Assembly: GCF_009914755.1 (NCBI RefSeq)
Contig: NC_060942.1
Length of the DNA stretch: 64,000 nt
Direction: 5' to 3' (one strand)
From: the human T2T-CHM13v2.0 reference genome, Homo sapiens
Below the pieces are notes generated by a model that saw only the letters and a list, made by a program, of their open reading frames with translations, searched no databases and was not told where the DNA came from. Position numbers and translations under genes: made by a program. Position 1 is the first letter of the stretch. Each line of letters opens with the position of its first letter. Shown piece by piece: positions 38,469-51,859 of the stretch.

Positions 38469-38859
38469 GTAGGTACTGGGCAAGGAAGCATTATCAAATT
38501 TGGGGAACAGAGAGAATGAACTGACATGTGATATGGTGGTCACAGAGTGAGATGACTAGAACTGAAAGACTGATGATAATGACAGCCAGAGGTATGACTT
38601 AGGAGGACTGTAGGCAGGAGAGTGAGATGAATCAGATGCAGGGAGATTAAGGATCAGGTAGGCTAAGGTAAGAGAGGATCGTCTAGTAGGAATTATGGCA
38701 GGAATATTATTGGAGAGAGTAACAGCAAGCTGGGAGGTAAAGCCTTCAAGGAACAAAGGGGATGACTGTGGGGTTCGTGAGTGGCTGCAACATTGAAAGG
38801 AAATGGATGGTAGTGTAGGGTGACATGAGATTGGAGCCAGGATTTTAGAGAGGCAACAA

Positions 38860-39075
38860 GCATAAGATTGAAGAGCACAGACTAGAGCCAGTCTGCCTGG
38901 GTTGGCATGCCAGGTCTGGCATTGATTAGCTCTATAATCTCTCTGAGTTTCACCTTCCTAGTCTGTAAACTGAGGACAATAACAGGACCAAACCATAGAA
39001 CGTTGTGAGGACTGAGTGAGTGCAGGACACTCTCAGTACATGGTGAATGTCATCCAATGTTTGTTGCTTTTGTTA
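38860..39075 (+). mobile_element. MIR
   Basis: agagcacagactagagccagtctgcctgggtt...gttgtgaggactgagtgag. Confidence 0.75.
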
Positions 39076-40283
39076 CTAAGGAAGAAGACAGAGGATGTGG
39101 AAACTGAGGTGCCCAGCAATACTTTAATAAGCTATACAAGGTCTCTCATCTGGTAGGTTGTTCTGAGACCTCAAACTCATTTCCATTCAGCTCTGAAGTC
39201 CATTCTGAACCTCTAGGCTCCACAACTCCGATTGGTAATGAAAGATAGTTGCAGTCACAGCACGGCCAACATATGTGACCCCTGGCCCCCAGACTGAAAA
39301 AACTGTGTGGTATATGGGAGAGTCCTTTGCTCCCTCTCATCTCTCCCTCTTTAGTGGCCTGCTGCCCCTCCACTCTGCCCACCTTCCCCTCCAGGCCCTG
39401 GTGGTCTGCCTCCTAAAGCCCTCCTCTCAGGAACACATCTGATATTTATTCATGCCGAGATATAAAGACTTGAAATAAGATGGCTCATTCCCCCACACCT
39501 TAACTTTGAAACAAAAGGAATCAAGTACAAATAATGGATTTCCCTGATGAGAAGGAGGCCTCTCAGAATGCAGCTGGGCCTTCTGGGATCCCCTAAAAAC
39601 CCTGCCCTACTTTTTCTCAGTGTGTTCCCCTCATGGCTGACAACATTGACCTGCTGAGCAGCTGCTGACAGACAGATGGGAGTGTGGCACCATGACCTCT
39701 GGAGTGGACTCTGGAGGGCCAAGAAGTGGGGGTCAGCCATAAGAACTGAAGTTAAGTGCCCTCACAGGAAATCACCTGGGCTCAGAGACACACAGCCATT
39801 TGCTGGGATCACACAGCTGCTTACTGGAACCAGAGTCATCTGATGTCCAGCCCTGAACTCTGTACCCTGTCCCACACAGAGGGACAGACTCAGGAACTGA
39901 CAGCCAGACAAAGGATAAGGGTTTTGTTATCCACACTTAAAACACCTTTTTCATGAACAGAAATGAAGCTGAGCCTTCCCCCTCACTTTGCTACACAGAG
40001 TTTTGTCAGTGCACCATATGCTGTGAGGACCAAGTATAGTTTTTTTGTGAGAAAAATAACATGGTCATTAGAAACTGTGAAGGAAACAATCAAAAAGCTG
40101 AGTTAGAGGCAGAGCAGAGGAACTAAATTGTCCTTCTCCTCTCTGCAGCACTTCTGGACCACCTACCCAGGCTGGGAGGAGCAGCAGTGCTGCGGTGCTC
40201 CTTTGCCTGTGCCCTGCTCCCAGATACAGGTGGCCTGGGGTGGGGAGGGGTCTAGGTAGATCATGCAGATAGAAGAATGTCAT

Positions 40284-40573
40284 GGGGAAGGAAGGAGGAA
40301 AGGGAGGAGAAAGAAGGGGAGGGGGAAGGGGGAAGGAGAAGGAAGGGGAGTGGGGGGGAGAAGGAGGAGAAGGAAGGGGAGAAGGAGAAGAAAGGAGAGC
40401 AGGAGAAGGAAGGGGAGGAGAACAGAAGGAAGAGGAGGAGGAAGGGGAGGAGGAAATCAGGAGGAGGAAAAGGAAGGGGTAGAAGACAGGAGGAGGAAGA
40501 GGAGGAAGGGGAGGAGGAGAGGAGGAAGAAGAGAGGAGGAAGAGAAGGCAGGGAGGAGGAGGAGGAGGGGGAA
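40284..40573. repeat. GA-rich polypurine low-complexity tract
   Basis: About 290 nt of almost pure G/A (gga, ggaa and ggggga units). Confidence 0.95.
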
Positions 40574-40574
40574 G

Positions 40575-40720
40575 ACATGATGATGATAAGCGCTTATATT
40601 ACCATGCAGAGTGCCAGGAACTCTCCACTCTCCACAGCACTTTGAGGCAGCTGTTATTATTGTCCCCACTTTACAGATACAGAAATTGAAGCAAAGGGAT
40701 GTTAACAAAATGGGAAATAA
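40575..40720 (-). mobile_element. MIR
   Basis: tattattgtccccactttacagatacagaaattgaagc. Confidence 0.7.
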
Positions 40721-40811
40721 ATATTTCCTGGCCTGGGAAGAATGTGGAAGCTTTGTCATTCACTTCCATCTCCCAGTCCCTCCTTGCTGGTGCTTGACTT
40801 TAGCACAGAAA

Positions 40812-41326
40812 CATTACTGGGTATATACCCAAAGGATTATAAATCATGCTACTATGAAGACACAAGCACATACATGTTTATTGCAGCACTATTCACAATA
40901 GCAAAGACTTGGAACCAACCCAAATGTCCATCAATGATAGACTGGATAAAGAAAATGTGGCACATATACACCATGGAATACTATGCAGCCATAAAAAAGG
41001 ATGAGTTCATGTCCTTTGCAGGGACATGAATGAAGCTGGAAACTAACATTCTCAGCAAACTAACACAGGAACAGAAAACCGAACACCACATGTTCCCACT
41101 CATAAGTGGGAGTTGAACAATGAGAACACATGGACACAGGGAGGGGAACATCACACACCTGGGTCTGTTGTGGGGTGGGGGGCTAGTGGAGGGATAGCAT
41201 TAGGAGAAATACCTAATGTAAATGACGGGTTGATGGGTGCAGCAAACCACCATGGCACACATAATACCTATGTAACACACCTGCACATTCTGCACATGTA
41301 TCCCACAACTTAAAGTATAATTAAAA

Positions 41327-41380
<54 letters not shown>
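40812..41380 (+). mobile_element. 5'-truncated L1PA6/7-type 3' end with (GA)n tail
   Basis: ORF2 end (LLGIYPKDYKSCYY), 3'UTR; TSD agaaacat at 40807-40814 and 41381-41388. Confidence 0.93.
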
Positions 41381-41387
<7 letters not shown>

Positions 41388-41529
41388 TAAACTCCCTATC
41401 CTTGCTTTCTCAACTCCTGAGGCAGCTTCCAGCCCTCCCAATGCACCCTTAAAATGACTTCAAGTGAACTAGTACTGGTGGACCCAGGGTTCCCTCCTCA
41501 CCCCTCTTGCTCTCTGTCACTCTTACTGT

Positions 41530-41869
<340 letters not shown>

Positions 41870-42149
41870 TGAACAGCCCCTTCTGTACCACCACTTGGGA
41901 TGTCCTCTTCCTTCATTATCAGTAATTCCGAGGTTTCCTACCTCCTTGAAACTCTGCCTTGGCCACTTTTCACTAGTTCCTCTTCCTATGCCTACCTCAA
42001 AAGTTAGCCCTTCCCAAAAGTTTTGAGAAGGTTTTAAGGGCGCAAAGATTTTGGTGTCAATAGACTCTGTTGAAGTCCCAGCTCTGCCTTTAGTTAGTTG
42101 TGTGATCTTGGTTAACCTACTACTGCAAGGGTTAGCCTGCTACTACAAG

Positions 42150-45100
42150 TTGCACTCCCTGTAGGAGTTCCTTATATATTTCGGATATTAACTCTGTGTC
42201 AGATATATGGTGTGCAACTATTTTCTTCCATTCTGTAGGTTGCCTTTTCATTTTTTGATAATTTTCATTGCTGTTCAGAGTCTTTTTTTTGTTTGATGTC
42301 ATCCCACTGGTCTATCTTTTGCTTTTGTTGCCTGTGTTTTTGGTGTCACATCCAAGGGATCATTGCCAAGACTGACATCAAGAAGTTTTTTTCTATGATT
42401 TCTTCCAGGAATTTTGCAGTTTCAGATCTGAGGTTTAAGTATTTAACCCAATTTGCTACACAGATACCATTTATTGCAGATTCTATCCCCATCGTTTATC
42501 CTTGGTACCCTCGTTGAATATCATCAGTTGACCATATATGCATGGATTTATTTATGGGCTCTCTATTCTGCTTCATTGGTTTATATGTCTATTTTTATGC
42601 CAGTAGAATATTGTTTTGATTATTGGAGGCTTGAGATATAATTTTTCATATTTTTAACCTTTTTTATTTAAAGATCTTTCTTTCATTTCTCTATCAGGCC
42701 ACTGTTCTTGATGATTATTATGTATTCTTTTCTCATTTTTTAACTTATTTTTTAATCAATACATTGTAATTGTATATATTTATGGGCAACAATTTATGTT
42801 TCAATGTAATATAATTTAAAATCAGAAAGTGTGATGCCTTCAGTTTTGTTCTTGATCAAAATTACTTTGGCTATTTGCAGTGTTTTGTGGTTCCATATGA
42901 ATATTTAAATTATTTTTTCTATTTTTATAAAAACTGCCATTGAGATTTTTTGTGGGGATTGCATTGACTCTATAGATTACTTTGAGTAGTGTGGATGTTT
43001 TAATGTTATAGATACTTCCAATTCTTCAACACATGATGGCTTTACATTCATTCATGTCTGCTTTACTTTTCTCACCAATGTTTTACAGTTTTCAGTTTAC
43101 AAATCTTTCACCTCTTTAGTTTAATTTATTCCTAAGTATTCTATTCTTGTTGATGATGTTATAAATGGAATGATTTTCTTAATTTCCTTTTTAGAGAATT
43201 TGTGGTTATTGTATAGAAATGCAGCTGATTTTTGTACATTGATTTTTGTGTCCTACAATTTTGCTGAATTCATTTATTAGTTCTAACAGTTTTTTGGTGG
43301 AGTCTTCAGGGTTTTCTGCATATAAGATCATGTCCTCTGCAAACAAATAATTTTACTTCTTTTTCTTTTATCTGGATGCCATTTATTTCTTTTTCTTTTG
43401 GGAATAGAAGTGGTGAGAGTGGGCATCCCTGCCTTGTTCCAGGTCTCAGAGGAAAAGTTCTTAGTTTTTCACCACTGAGTATGATGTCAGCTGTGGGTTT
43501 TTAAATATATGGACTTTATTGCATTGGGGTAAGTTCCTTTATATCTAATTTGTTGAGAGTTTTTATCATAAAAGGGTGTTGAATACTACAAAATGCTTTT
43601 TCTGCAAAACTCTGTTGAGATGACCATGTGATTTGTATCCTTCATACTGTTAATGTGGTATATCACATTGATGGATTTGCATATGTTGAACCATCCTTGC
43701 ATCCCAGGGATAAATCCCATTTGGTCATGTTGTATGATCCTTTTAATGTGCTGTGTAATTTGGTTTGCTAATATTTTATTGAGGATTTTTTACATCCCTG
43801 TTATCAGAAATATTGACCTGTAGTTTTCTTGTGATATCTTTATCTGACTTTGGTATCAGGGTGATGCTGGCCTCAGAAAAAGTTTGAAAGTCTTCCCATT
43901 TCTAATTTTTGGAAGAGTTTAAGAATGATTCTATTAATTCTCCTTTAAATGTTAGGTAGAATTCACCTGTGAAGTGTCTTATCCTGGGTTTTTCTTTATT
44001 GGAAGGTTTTTGATTACTGATTCAATCTGTTCATTTGTTATTGGTCTGTTCAGGCTTTCTGTTTCTTCTTGATTCAGTCTTGGTAGGTTGCATGCTTCTA
44101 AGAATTTAGCCGTTTCTTCTAGGTTGTCCAGTTTGTTGGGGTATAATTGTTAGTAATAGTTTCTTAGGATCTTTTTATTTCTGTGGCTTCAGTTATAGTA
44201 TCTCCTATTCCATTTCTGATTTTATTTGTTTGAATTTTCTCTTTTTTTCTTAGTCTTGCTAAGGTTTTGTCAATTTTGTTTATATTTTCAAGGAACTGAC
44301 TCTTAGTTTTGTTGATTTTTTTCTATTGTTTTTTCATTCTTAACTTCATTATTTATACTCTAATCTTTATTAATTTTTTCCTTCTGCTAATTCCGGGGTG
44401 AGTTTAATCTTTTTTTCTAGTTTCTTAAGGTGTAATGTTAGGGTATTTATTTGATATCTTTCTTCTTTTTTAGTGTAGGTATTAATCACTATAAACTTCT
44501 CTCTTAATACTGCTTCTTTTATATCCCATAGGTTTGTTATGTTATTTTTTCATTTTTGTTAGTCTCAAGATATTTTCTAATTTCCTTTTTAATATCTCCT
44601 TTGACGCAATGGCTGTTCTAATTTCCACATATTTGTGAATTTGGTCATTTTCCTTTTGTTATTGATTGTTAGTTTCATTTCATTGTGGTCACAAAAGACA
44701 CTTTGAATGATTTTAATCTTAAATTTGTTAAGACTTGTTTTGTGACCTAACATGTTGTCTGTCTTGGAGAATGTTTGGTGTATACTTGAGAAGAATGTGT
44801 GTTTGGCTACTGTTAGGTGGAATGTTCTGTACATGTCTGTTAAGTCCATTTGGTCTGTAGTATTATTTAAATCTGCTGTTTCCTTATTGATTTTTTTGTC
44901 TGGATGATCTGCTCATTATTGTACTTGGGGTATTGAAGTATCCTATTATTGTATTGTTATCTATTTCTCCCTTCAGATCTGTTGATGTTTGTTTTGTATA
45001 TTTAAGTGCTCTGATGTTGAGTGCATGTATATTTATAATTATTATGTCTTCCTATCAGATTGACCCTCTTATCATTATGCAATGACCTTCTTTGTCTCTT

Positions 45101-45750
45101 GTGACAATTTTTGACCTAAAGTCTATTTTGTCTGATATAAATACAGCTGCCTCTGCTCTCTTTTTATTACCATTTGCATGGGATATCTTTTCTCATCCCT
45201 TCATTTTCTCCCTATGTGTGTTCTTAAGTTCAAAGTGAGTCTCTTGTAGCTAAGAGATAATTTAATCTTGTTGTTTTTATCCATTCAATGACTATGTCTT
45301 TTGATTGGTGAGTTTAATCCATCTTATATTTAATGTAATTATTAATAAGTAAGAGCTTACTATTGCCATTTTGTTCATCGTTTTCCGTCTGTTTTGTAAA
45401 TCTTTTGTTTCTTTCTTTCTCTCTTGTTTTCTTTTGTGATTTGATGGTGTTTTTGGTAGTGATATAATTTGATTATTTTCTCCTTATCTTTTTTGTATCT
45501 GCTATGGGTTTTTTGGGGGTTGCCATGAGGTTTGCACAAAACTTCTCATTGTTGTAACAGTCTATTTTGAGATGACAACAATTTAATTTCAATTGCATAC
45601 AGTAATTCTACACGTTCACTCTTTTGCCTTCACATTTTGTTATTAATGTCAGAATTTACTTTTTTATGTTGCTTATTCTGTAACCAATTTTTGTGGCTAC
45701 AGATATTCTTAATACTTTTGTCTTTTCACTTTTATACTAGAGTTTAAAGT
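42150..45750 (-). mobile_element. Old L1M fragment (~3.6 kb, ORF2 region), nested in MIR within L2
   Basis: T-rich antisense L1 text; endonuclease-domain remnant MDLTDMYRTFH...DHNEMKL at 44589-44849. Confidence 0.92.
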
Positions 45751-47666
45751 GATTTCAGGCCTCAAGGTCTTTATAGGTATCACTGAGGACTCCAAGTAAA
45801 GATATTGATAAATTATTTGGCACACTGCAGCTGGTCAACATATGGAAGCCAATTATCAACTACTCTTTCTGTATTGTCTCATTTCTTCCCACAGCATTGG
45901 CTTCTGATTTCCCACTGTTGACTCCTCACTGTTCTTTCCATCCCTCCACATCCTTCTGGCCTCCAGACCTACATTTCCAATCATCTACTACTAGTCTTCT
46001 CCACCTAGATATCCTGCAAGTTTACCAAAGTCGATTAGATTAATTACACCTCCCAGCACACTTCAACACTGCACTCACCAGGCTTCAAACCAGACCTTCC
46101 TCCTATACTCCTACCTTGGTTAATATTGTCAGCATACACCCAGCCACCCAAGTAGGAAAACATCCTCTAATCAACTCTCCACATCCAAGTGGCCGTCAGG
46201 CCATCGTGGGTCTCCATTAAAAGTGTATCTTGGATTTAGCCCCTCTTTCTGTTTCATCCTTTATATATGAGGAGACTCAAAAGGCTCAAAGTCATACTTC
46301 CCTATATACTGACAGTTATCTGAAATGCCTCCAGTAGGACTTTGTTCCTTTAAGCATCGAATGCAAATACCCATAAAAGATAGTGAGAATACTGGGTCCC
46401 TGGAGTAGACAAAATACCTTATTGAAGAAAAAGGCCACAAACACTAGCTTATTCATGATACTATCTCCAGATGACCTTAAAGAGATCCAATAACTCCAAA
46501 ACCATGAACTTTAGAGGCTCTGATGCAACTATCTCCATATTTTCAAATCAAAGAACAAGAAGAAATCTGTCCATCCGCTATCTATCAATCTTTTTTCATT
46601 CATTCATGCATCCCTCCATACATTATAACAGGTGACAAACAATGGGCACAAGCCACCATCTCTGGAATCATAAAAAACTATTCAGAATTACAGAAATAGA
46701 CAGAGATGCAGAGATCATTACATTTCTTTACATCTTACATGTATAGGCTGCTTTTCACTTATTGGGAGTCCTCTGTGTATTGAGTGCTATCGTAAGCATT
46801 GAGGATACAATGATGACTATACCCAGCCATGGTCTTTGCTGCTGTGGAGCTACTCAGAGAGATGGGGCAGAATATCAGGACATGGCTGAAACTGCCCTTA
46901 ATTCACACTTTCCATTCCTGTCTTCTGATACCAGTTTTCTCAGTTATGAGGTAAGGTAGGGGTGTGAAGGAAAGAACATATCATTGGAATATATAACTAG
47001 AGGCTCAATTAGGCTAAATTGGAGATTTATCACTAGCACAGGTGGAACAGTTCACTCCTGTCTCAACATACTTTTCAATACACCTCTACTCAGTGCTAGG
47101 AGCCCCAAAACAGAACAAGAGTGGAAGGCTCCTGGGGCAAGTGGTATTAGGACAGGGAGGAAAGGAGGCTTGACTCAACAGCTCTGTTTTCCCCGACAGG
47201 GCTATGTTGAGATGCAACTGGGAACCACAAACAAGTTCAACAAGAATCAGGAGAGAAGACCCCTCTGCATCAGAGCAATTAGAAGAAGCGGCTGGCCCCT
47301 TGCAGCACCTAATGGGATTCTAGTGTACTCCCACCCATGCTTTTGACAAGGGAATTTTATCTTTCTCCTAAAAAGAGATGTTTACCAAGGGATTCACACA
47401 TATTGGCCATTACATGCCCTATTGTGCTTGGACTTTGCTCTCCAACCTTGTCCCAGGGGAAGCCTGGACCCTATAGGGCAACACCACGCAGCTCCTGGGA
47501 AAGTGAGAAATCCAACTGTCTCCATGGACCACATAACTCAAACAGCTATTTTACAGGATCACTGGACTAAGCAGTGTGGGAGATAAATCCAAATAGCAGC
47601 CTAGTGGCTCAGCCCCAGTGTGATGGCCTCAAGGCAAAGCATAAAGCTTTTTCCTCTAGCCAAATA

Positions 47667-48504
47667 TAGTCATGTGTCACTTAATAACTGGAGTATGCTC
47701 TAAGAAATGCATAATTAAGTGATTTCATCATTGTGTGGACATCATAGAGTGTACTACACAAAGATGATACAGCCTCTTACATGCCTAAGCTACACAGTAT
47801 TACGTATTGCTTTTAGGCTACAAACCTGTACAGTATGTGACTGTACTGAATGCTATAGCCAATTGTAACACAATGGTAAGTATTGGTATATCCAAATAGA
47901 TCTAAACATAGAAAAGGTACAATAAAAATACAGCATAAAAGATAATAAATGGTATACCTGTGTAGAGCACTTGCCATGGATGGCGTTTGCAGGACTGGAA
48001 GTTGCTCTGGGTGAGTCCATGAGTGACTGGTGAGTGAACATGAAGCCTTGAACATTACTATTCACTACTGTAGACTTTATAAACACCATACACTCAGACT
48101 ACATTAAACTTATTTAAAAATATTTATCTTTCTTCAATTCCAAATTACTCTTAGCATACCTTAGCTTTTTTACTCTATACATTTTTGAAATTTTTAACTT
48201 TTCTATTCTTTTGTGTTAACACTTGGTTTAAAACACAATATATTGTAGAGCTATACAAAAATACTTTCTTTACTTCTTTATTGTATAAGCATTTTTTCTA
48301 TTTTTAAATCTTTTTTTTTTAACTTTTTAAACTTTTTTGTTAAAAACTAAGACACAAACACACACATCAGCCTAGGTCTACACAGAGTCAGGATCATCGA
48401 GATGGCACAAGTGATAGGAATTTGTCAGCTTCATTTTAGTCTTATGGGACCACTATATATGCAGTCCATTGTTGACTAAAATGTCATTATATAGTGAATA
48501 ACTG
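47667..48504. mobile_element. Tigger3-type (Tigger3b/c) DNA transposon
   Basis: TA-flanked agtcatgtgtcacttaataac... / ...gtcattatatagtgaataactg; internal ggctacaaacctgtacag and aggactggaagttgctctgggtgagtc. Confidence 0.88.
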
Positions 48505-49669
48505 TACTTGACTCCTAGCGGACCTTCAACTCTGTAGATTACTCAACAGACTGATTCTTAATTGAAGCTTTATTGTTTTTAATTTAGTTTGGCTTTAGAC
48601 ACATGGTTCAACTTGGCCTAGTTAGGTCTGGGATTTACTGGTGCCTCTCATTCATTTCATCATGTTGATTACCACTGGCTTTTTCCAAATTCTGTTCTTC
48701 ATAGTAATATGTGGCTCTACTTTGGTTCTCCCATTTCCTTTGATGACGTGTTAATATTGAAGGGCAAATGGAAGCCCTAGTTCTGAATGTTATGATCCAT
48801 GATTGCCCCTCTGTCATATCCAGTGCTGGTAGGCTGTGAAGATGGGCCGGGGGAGATGTTGTCAGCAATCAGGGGTAGGCATGGCAAGGACTGTGGAAAC
48901 AGACCTGGCTGAGGGTCTGTCTCCAGGATATAAGTGAGCCAACCAATGGCCAGGAGCCAAGAGGCATGGCCAGGTGGTCTCCTTGCAGGTCCGAGAAGTC
49001 TCAATCTGGTTGGTGGAGGCTGTTTACAGAGCTGAATCCACAAGGAGATTGGATGAGATTGAGTGCAAGGTTATAGGCTCAATATGGAACAGGAGGTCCA
49101 GGTGGGGAAACTGAGGCAGAGTCCAGTGGTATGGGCTAGGTTAATATGGGAAAGAAGGGGGCAAAACTGTTTATGTGAGATCTGTTCCATCCTTGGCAGC
49201 TAACCTAATTCTGCCCTTCTAGGCTGATGTGCCAGGTTTGCCTCAGTCAGGATCGTCTGTTGTCTGGATCAGGGCTGAGCACATGGATAGCCATGGCTCT
49301 TGCTCAGGAGTGCGATGGAAGAAGTGGCTAATAGCAGCAATTTGGGGAGCCCATTATGTGAGCATCAGACCTTCCCCAGATACCCCCACCTCACTGGTGG
49401 TGAGGAGTTCCCCATATGTTGCCAGAGGAGTCTGGCGGGGACTCTAACAGTGATGGTCCTTTATTACCTGCAGTTTGGCAGGGAAGGAACAGGCAGGAAT
49501 AGACCAAGGTTCCTATAAAGATACAAATACATCACCTCAAAGACTGACCCATTAAACGATTGTAACTTCTAACATCTTAGTCTAATCCAGCTTCTCACAT
49601 TAACAGCTTACTCTCATCAAGTCCCCAAAAAGAATGGAAGCCAGGACAGATGAGCTTGATAAAGATGGC

Positions 49670-49815
49670 AATGGTTCTCAGCCCTGGTGAGACATTAGAA
49701 TCATGCGCCCCAGTCCCAAAGTTCTGAATTAATTGATCTTGTGGGGGACCCGGTATATATTTTTAAAGTCTCCTGGGCAGTTCTAATGTGTAGTTGGAGT
49801 AGCAATCCTCTGATT
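49670..49815. mobile_element. MER5A-like MITE
   Basis: caatggttctcagccctgg..acattagaatca...ttctaatgtgtag. Confidence 0.65.
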
Positions 49816-50156
49816 TAGGACACTGTGCACTTCCAGGGGGAGGGAGGGAGTATGGAACAAAGGAGCCCAGAGTAAAAGGAGGTCATGGGAGGCTAGGAAA
49901 GCCTCCTCCCACCCAAAGAGTTTGCCCAGTGTCTGTCCTGCTTTTGGGTCTTTAGGCCACTTCTAAATCTTTTCACTTCTAATTATTCCCCAGCAAATCC
50001 CACCTCCTTCCCCAGGTCAAAGCAGACTGCTATAAAGGAAAAAGGAGTGGAGTGGACCAATGTCTCTTTGTTAAGAAAGTTCCACAAGCTTTGTTTTACT
50101 GCTTTATTTGGAGTCTGATTTTTTAATAAGACGGGGCAAAAATGGGCATTAGTATT

Positions 50157-50502
50157 TGTATTAGTCCATTTTTATGCTGCTGATAAAGACATACTCAAGA
50201 TGGAGCAATTTACAAAAGAAAGAGGTTTAATGGACTCACAGTTCCACATGGATGGGGAGGCCTGCCAATCATTGTGGAAGGTGAAAGGCACATCTCACAT
50301 GGCAGCAGACAAGAGAAGAGAACTTGTGCAGGGAAATTCCCCTTTATAAAACCATCAGATCTTGTGAGACTTAGTCACTATCATGAGCATAGCATGGAAA
50401 AGACTCACCCCCGTTATTCAATTTCCCTCCCACAACACATGAGAATCATGGGAGCTACAATTCAAGATAAGATTTGGGTGGGGACACAGCCAACCCATAT
50501 CA
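50157..50502 (-). mobile_element. THE1 (B/C-type) solo LTR
   Basis: tgtattagtcc...gctgataaagacata start, gatttgggtggggacacagcc..ccatatca end; perfect 5-bp TSD gtatt. Confidence 0.92.
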
Positions 50503-50739
50503 GTATTCCACACATCCACAGAGGTACCCCTGGTATTCAAGGAAAAACAGCACAAAGAAACAGACCACTCACATTAGGATTATATTGGGTGCTTTTTTTC
50601 ACCCCTAACAGTGTTTTTGTAATTGAAATCATTAAATGGGAGCATTAAAAGGGCCCTTCAAGGCCATCTGGTTCAGCCCATGCACCCCATGAGGAATCAG
50701 CAGGGCTGCATTCAGGAGCATTCAGGAATTTACCTTTAC

Positions 50740-50900
50740 CCCAACCTGAGTTTCAATCCCAGCTTGGCTACTTGCTAGCTGAGCCACCTTGGGCATGTAA
50801 CTTATGTTAAGTTTCCTCAGTTTACTTGTCCATAAAATGGGACTCATGATACCTACCTCCACAATACCACAGAGTGGTTGTGAAGAAAAAATGAGTCAAT
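50740..50900 (+). mobile_element. MIR
   Basis: aatcccagcttggctacttgctagctg...cctcagtttacttgtccataaaatggg. Confidence 0.8.
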
Positions 50901-51189
50901 GACAAATATTAATCCACTTCCCTTATTAGAATTTTGAATACTGAATGTGATATTTGATCCTCCCACCATCACCACACACAACAGCATTTTAGCACCATCA
51001 ATTTCTGTCATTAGCATTTGGGATGTTCTGTGGTGTCAACCTCATTTGATGAAGTTGACTAATGGGCTACCTAGGTAGAAGCAGAAAATATCTTCTCCTA
51101 GCAGTTTGCCACAGTGACAGGAAATTCATCATCATTGCTATGCCTTAACTAGAAAGCAGTACTGTTTAAAAAAAAACATGGAAGGGGGC

Positions 51190-51350
51190 CCACACTCGGA
51201 GTCAAAAGAATTAGGCTCTGATCCCAGTTCCACAAATGTGTAGCTGTGTGATCTTGGGCAAACAACTTAAACTTTCTGAGCCTCGGTTTTCTCATATGAC
51301 AAAACTTGCTCTGCCCACCTAGATATGATAAGGGCCAAATGAAATTGTAT
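51190..51350 (+). mobile_element. MIR
   Basis: tagctgtgtgatcttgggcaaacaacttaaactttctgagcctcggttttctcat. Confidence 0.8.
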
Positions 51351-51354
51351 ATGG

Positions 51355-51555
51355 CAGCAGTTCCCAATCAGTAGCAATTCTGCCTCCACCCGACCCGAGG
51401 TACATTTGACAATATCTGGAGACACTTTTGATTGTCACAACTAGTGAGTAGAAGGAAGGGAAGCTGCTAAACAAACATCCTACGTTGCAGATGACAGCCT
51501 CCCACAAAGAGTTATCCTGTCCAAAATGTCAATAGTCCTGTGGTTGAGAAAGGGC
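51355..51555. mobile_element. MER20 hAT MITE
   Basis: acatttgacaatatctggagacacttttgattgtcacaact and ccaaaatgtcaatagtcctgtggttgagaaa. Confidence 0.85.
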
Positions 51556-51859
51556 TTTGTAACTTTGAGAGGCTCAGGTGTCATTCTTAAACAACAAGTA
51601 CCTATGAGGAGGTTCACAGTGGCTTTCAGAGTCATTGCCACCTTCGTTCAGCTAATTTCTCAGACCCCTTTCCAACAGGACACAGAACTATGCGGAGGGC
51701 ACACCCCTCTAAGAAGCCTTGCTCAGGGCAAAAGTGCAGGGCTTAGCAGGCTGGCCCCTGTGGAGGGCAGGTCTCCCGCCAGCCAGGGACACTTAGAAGA
51801 ACAACCCAAAACAACAAGGGTTGTGAGCATGGGGAGGTTTAACCCAGCATCTTCATGTA

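Larger units (their letters stand above)
35670..38850 (-). mobile_element. Long L2 (L2a-like), interrupted by MER2 and MER57
   Basis: L2 3' end attcatttgacac..ttgaacaactactatgtcccaggc, then continuous L2 body text (gactttggcttttactct, gtcatcagtcaccttgacaagagc). Confidence 0.85.

Noticed and set aside
40261-40645. Overlapping 100-120 aa low-complexity ORFs on both strands
   Set aside because: Artefact of a stop-free polypurine tract.
46984-47346. 120-aa ORF, and other 100-127 aa ORFs at 2656, 51526, 53726 and 60696
   Set aside because: No recognisable protein family, and lengths are within chance expectation for six frames over 64 kb.
51035-51059. Small hairpin gtcaacctcat/atgaagttgac as a miRNA candidate
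   Set aside because: The stem is only 11 bp and the flanks do not extend it.
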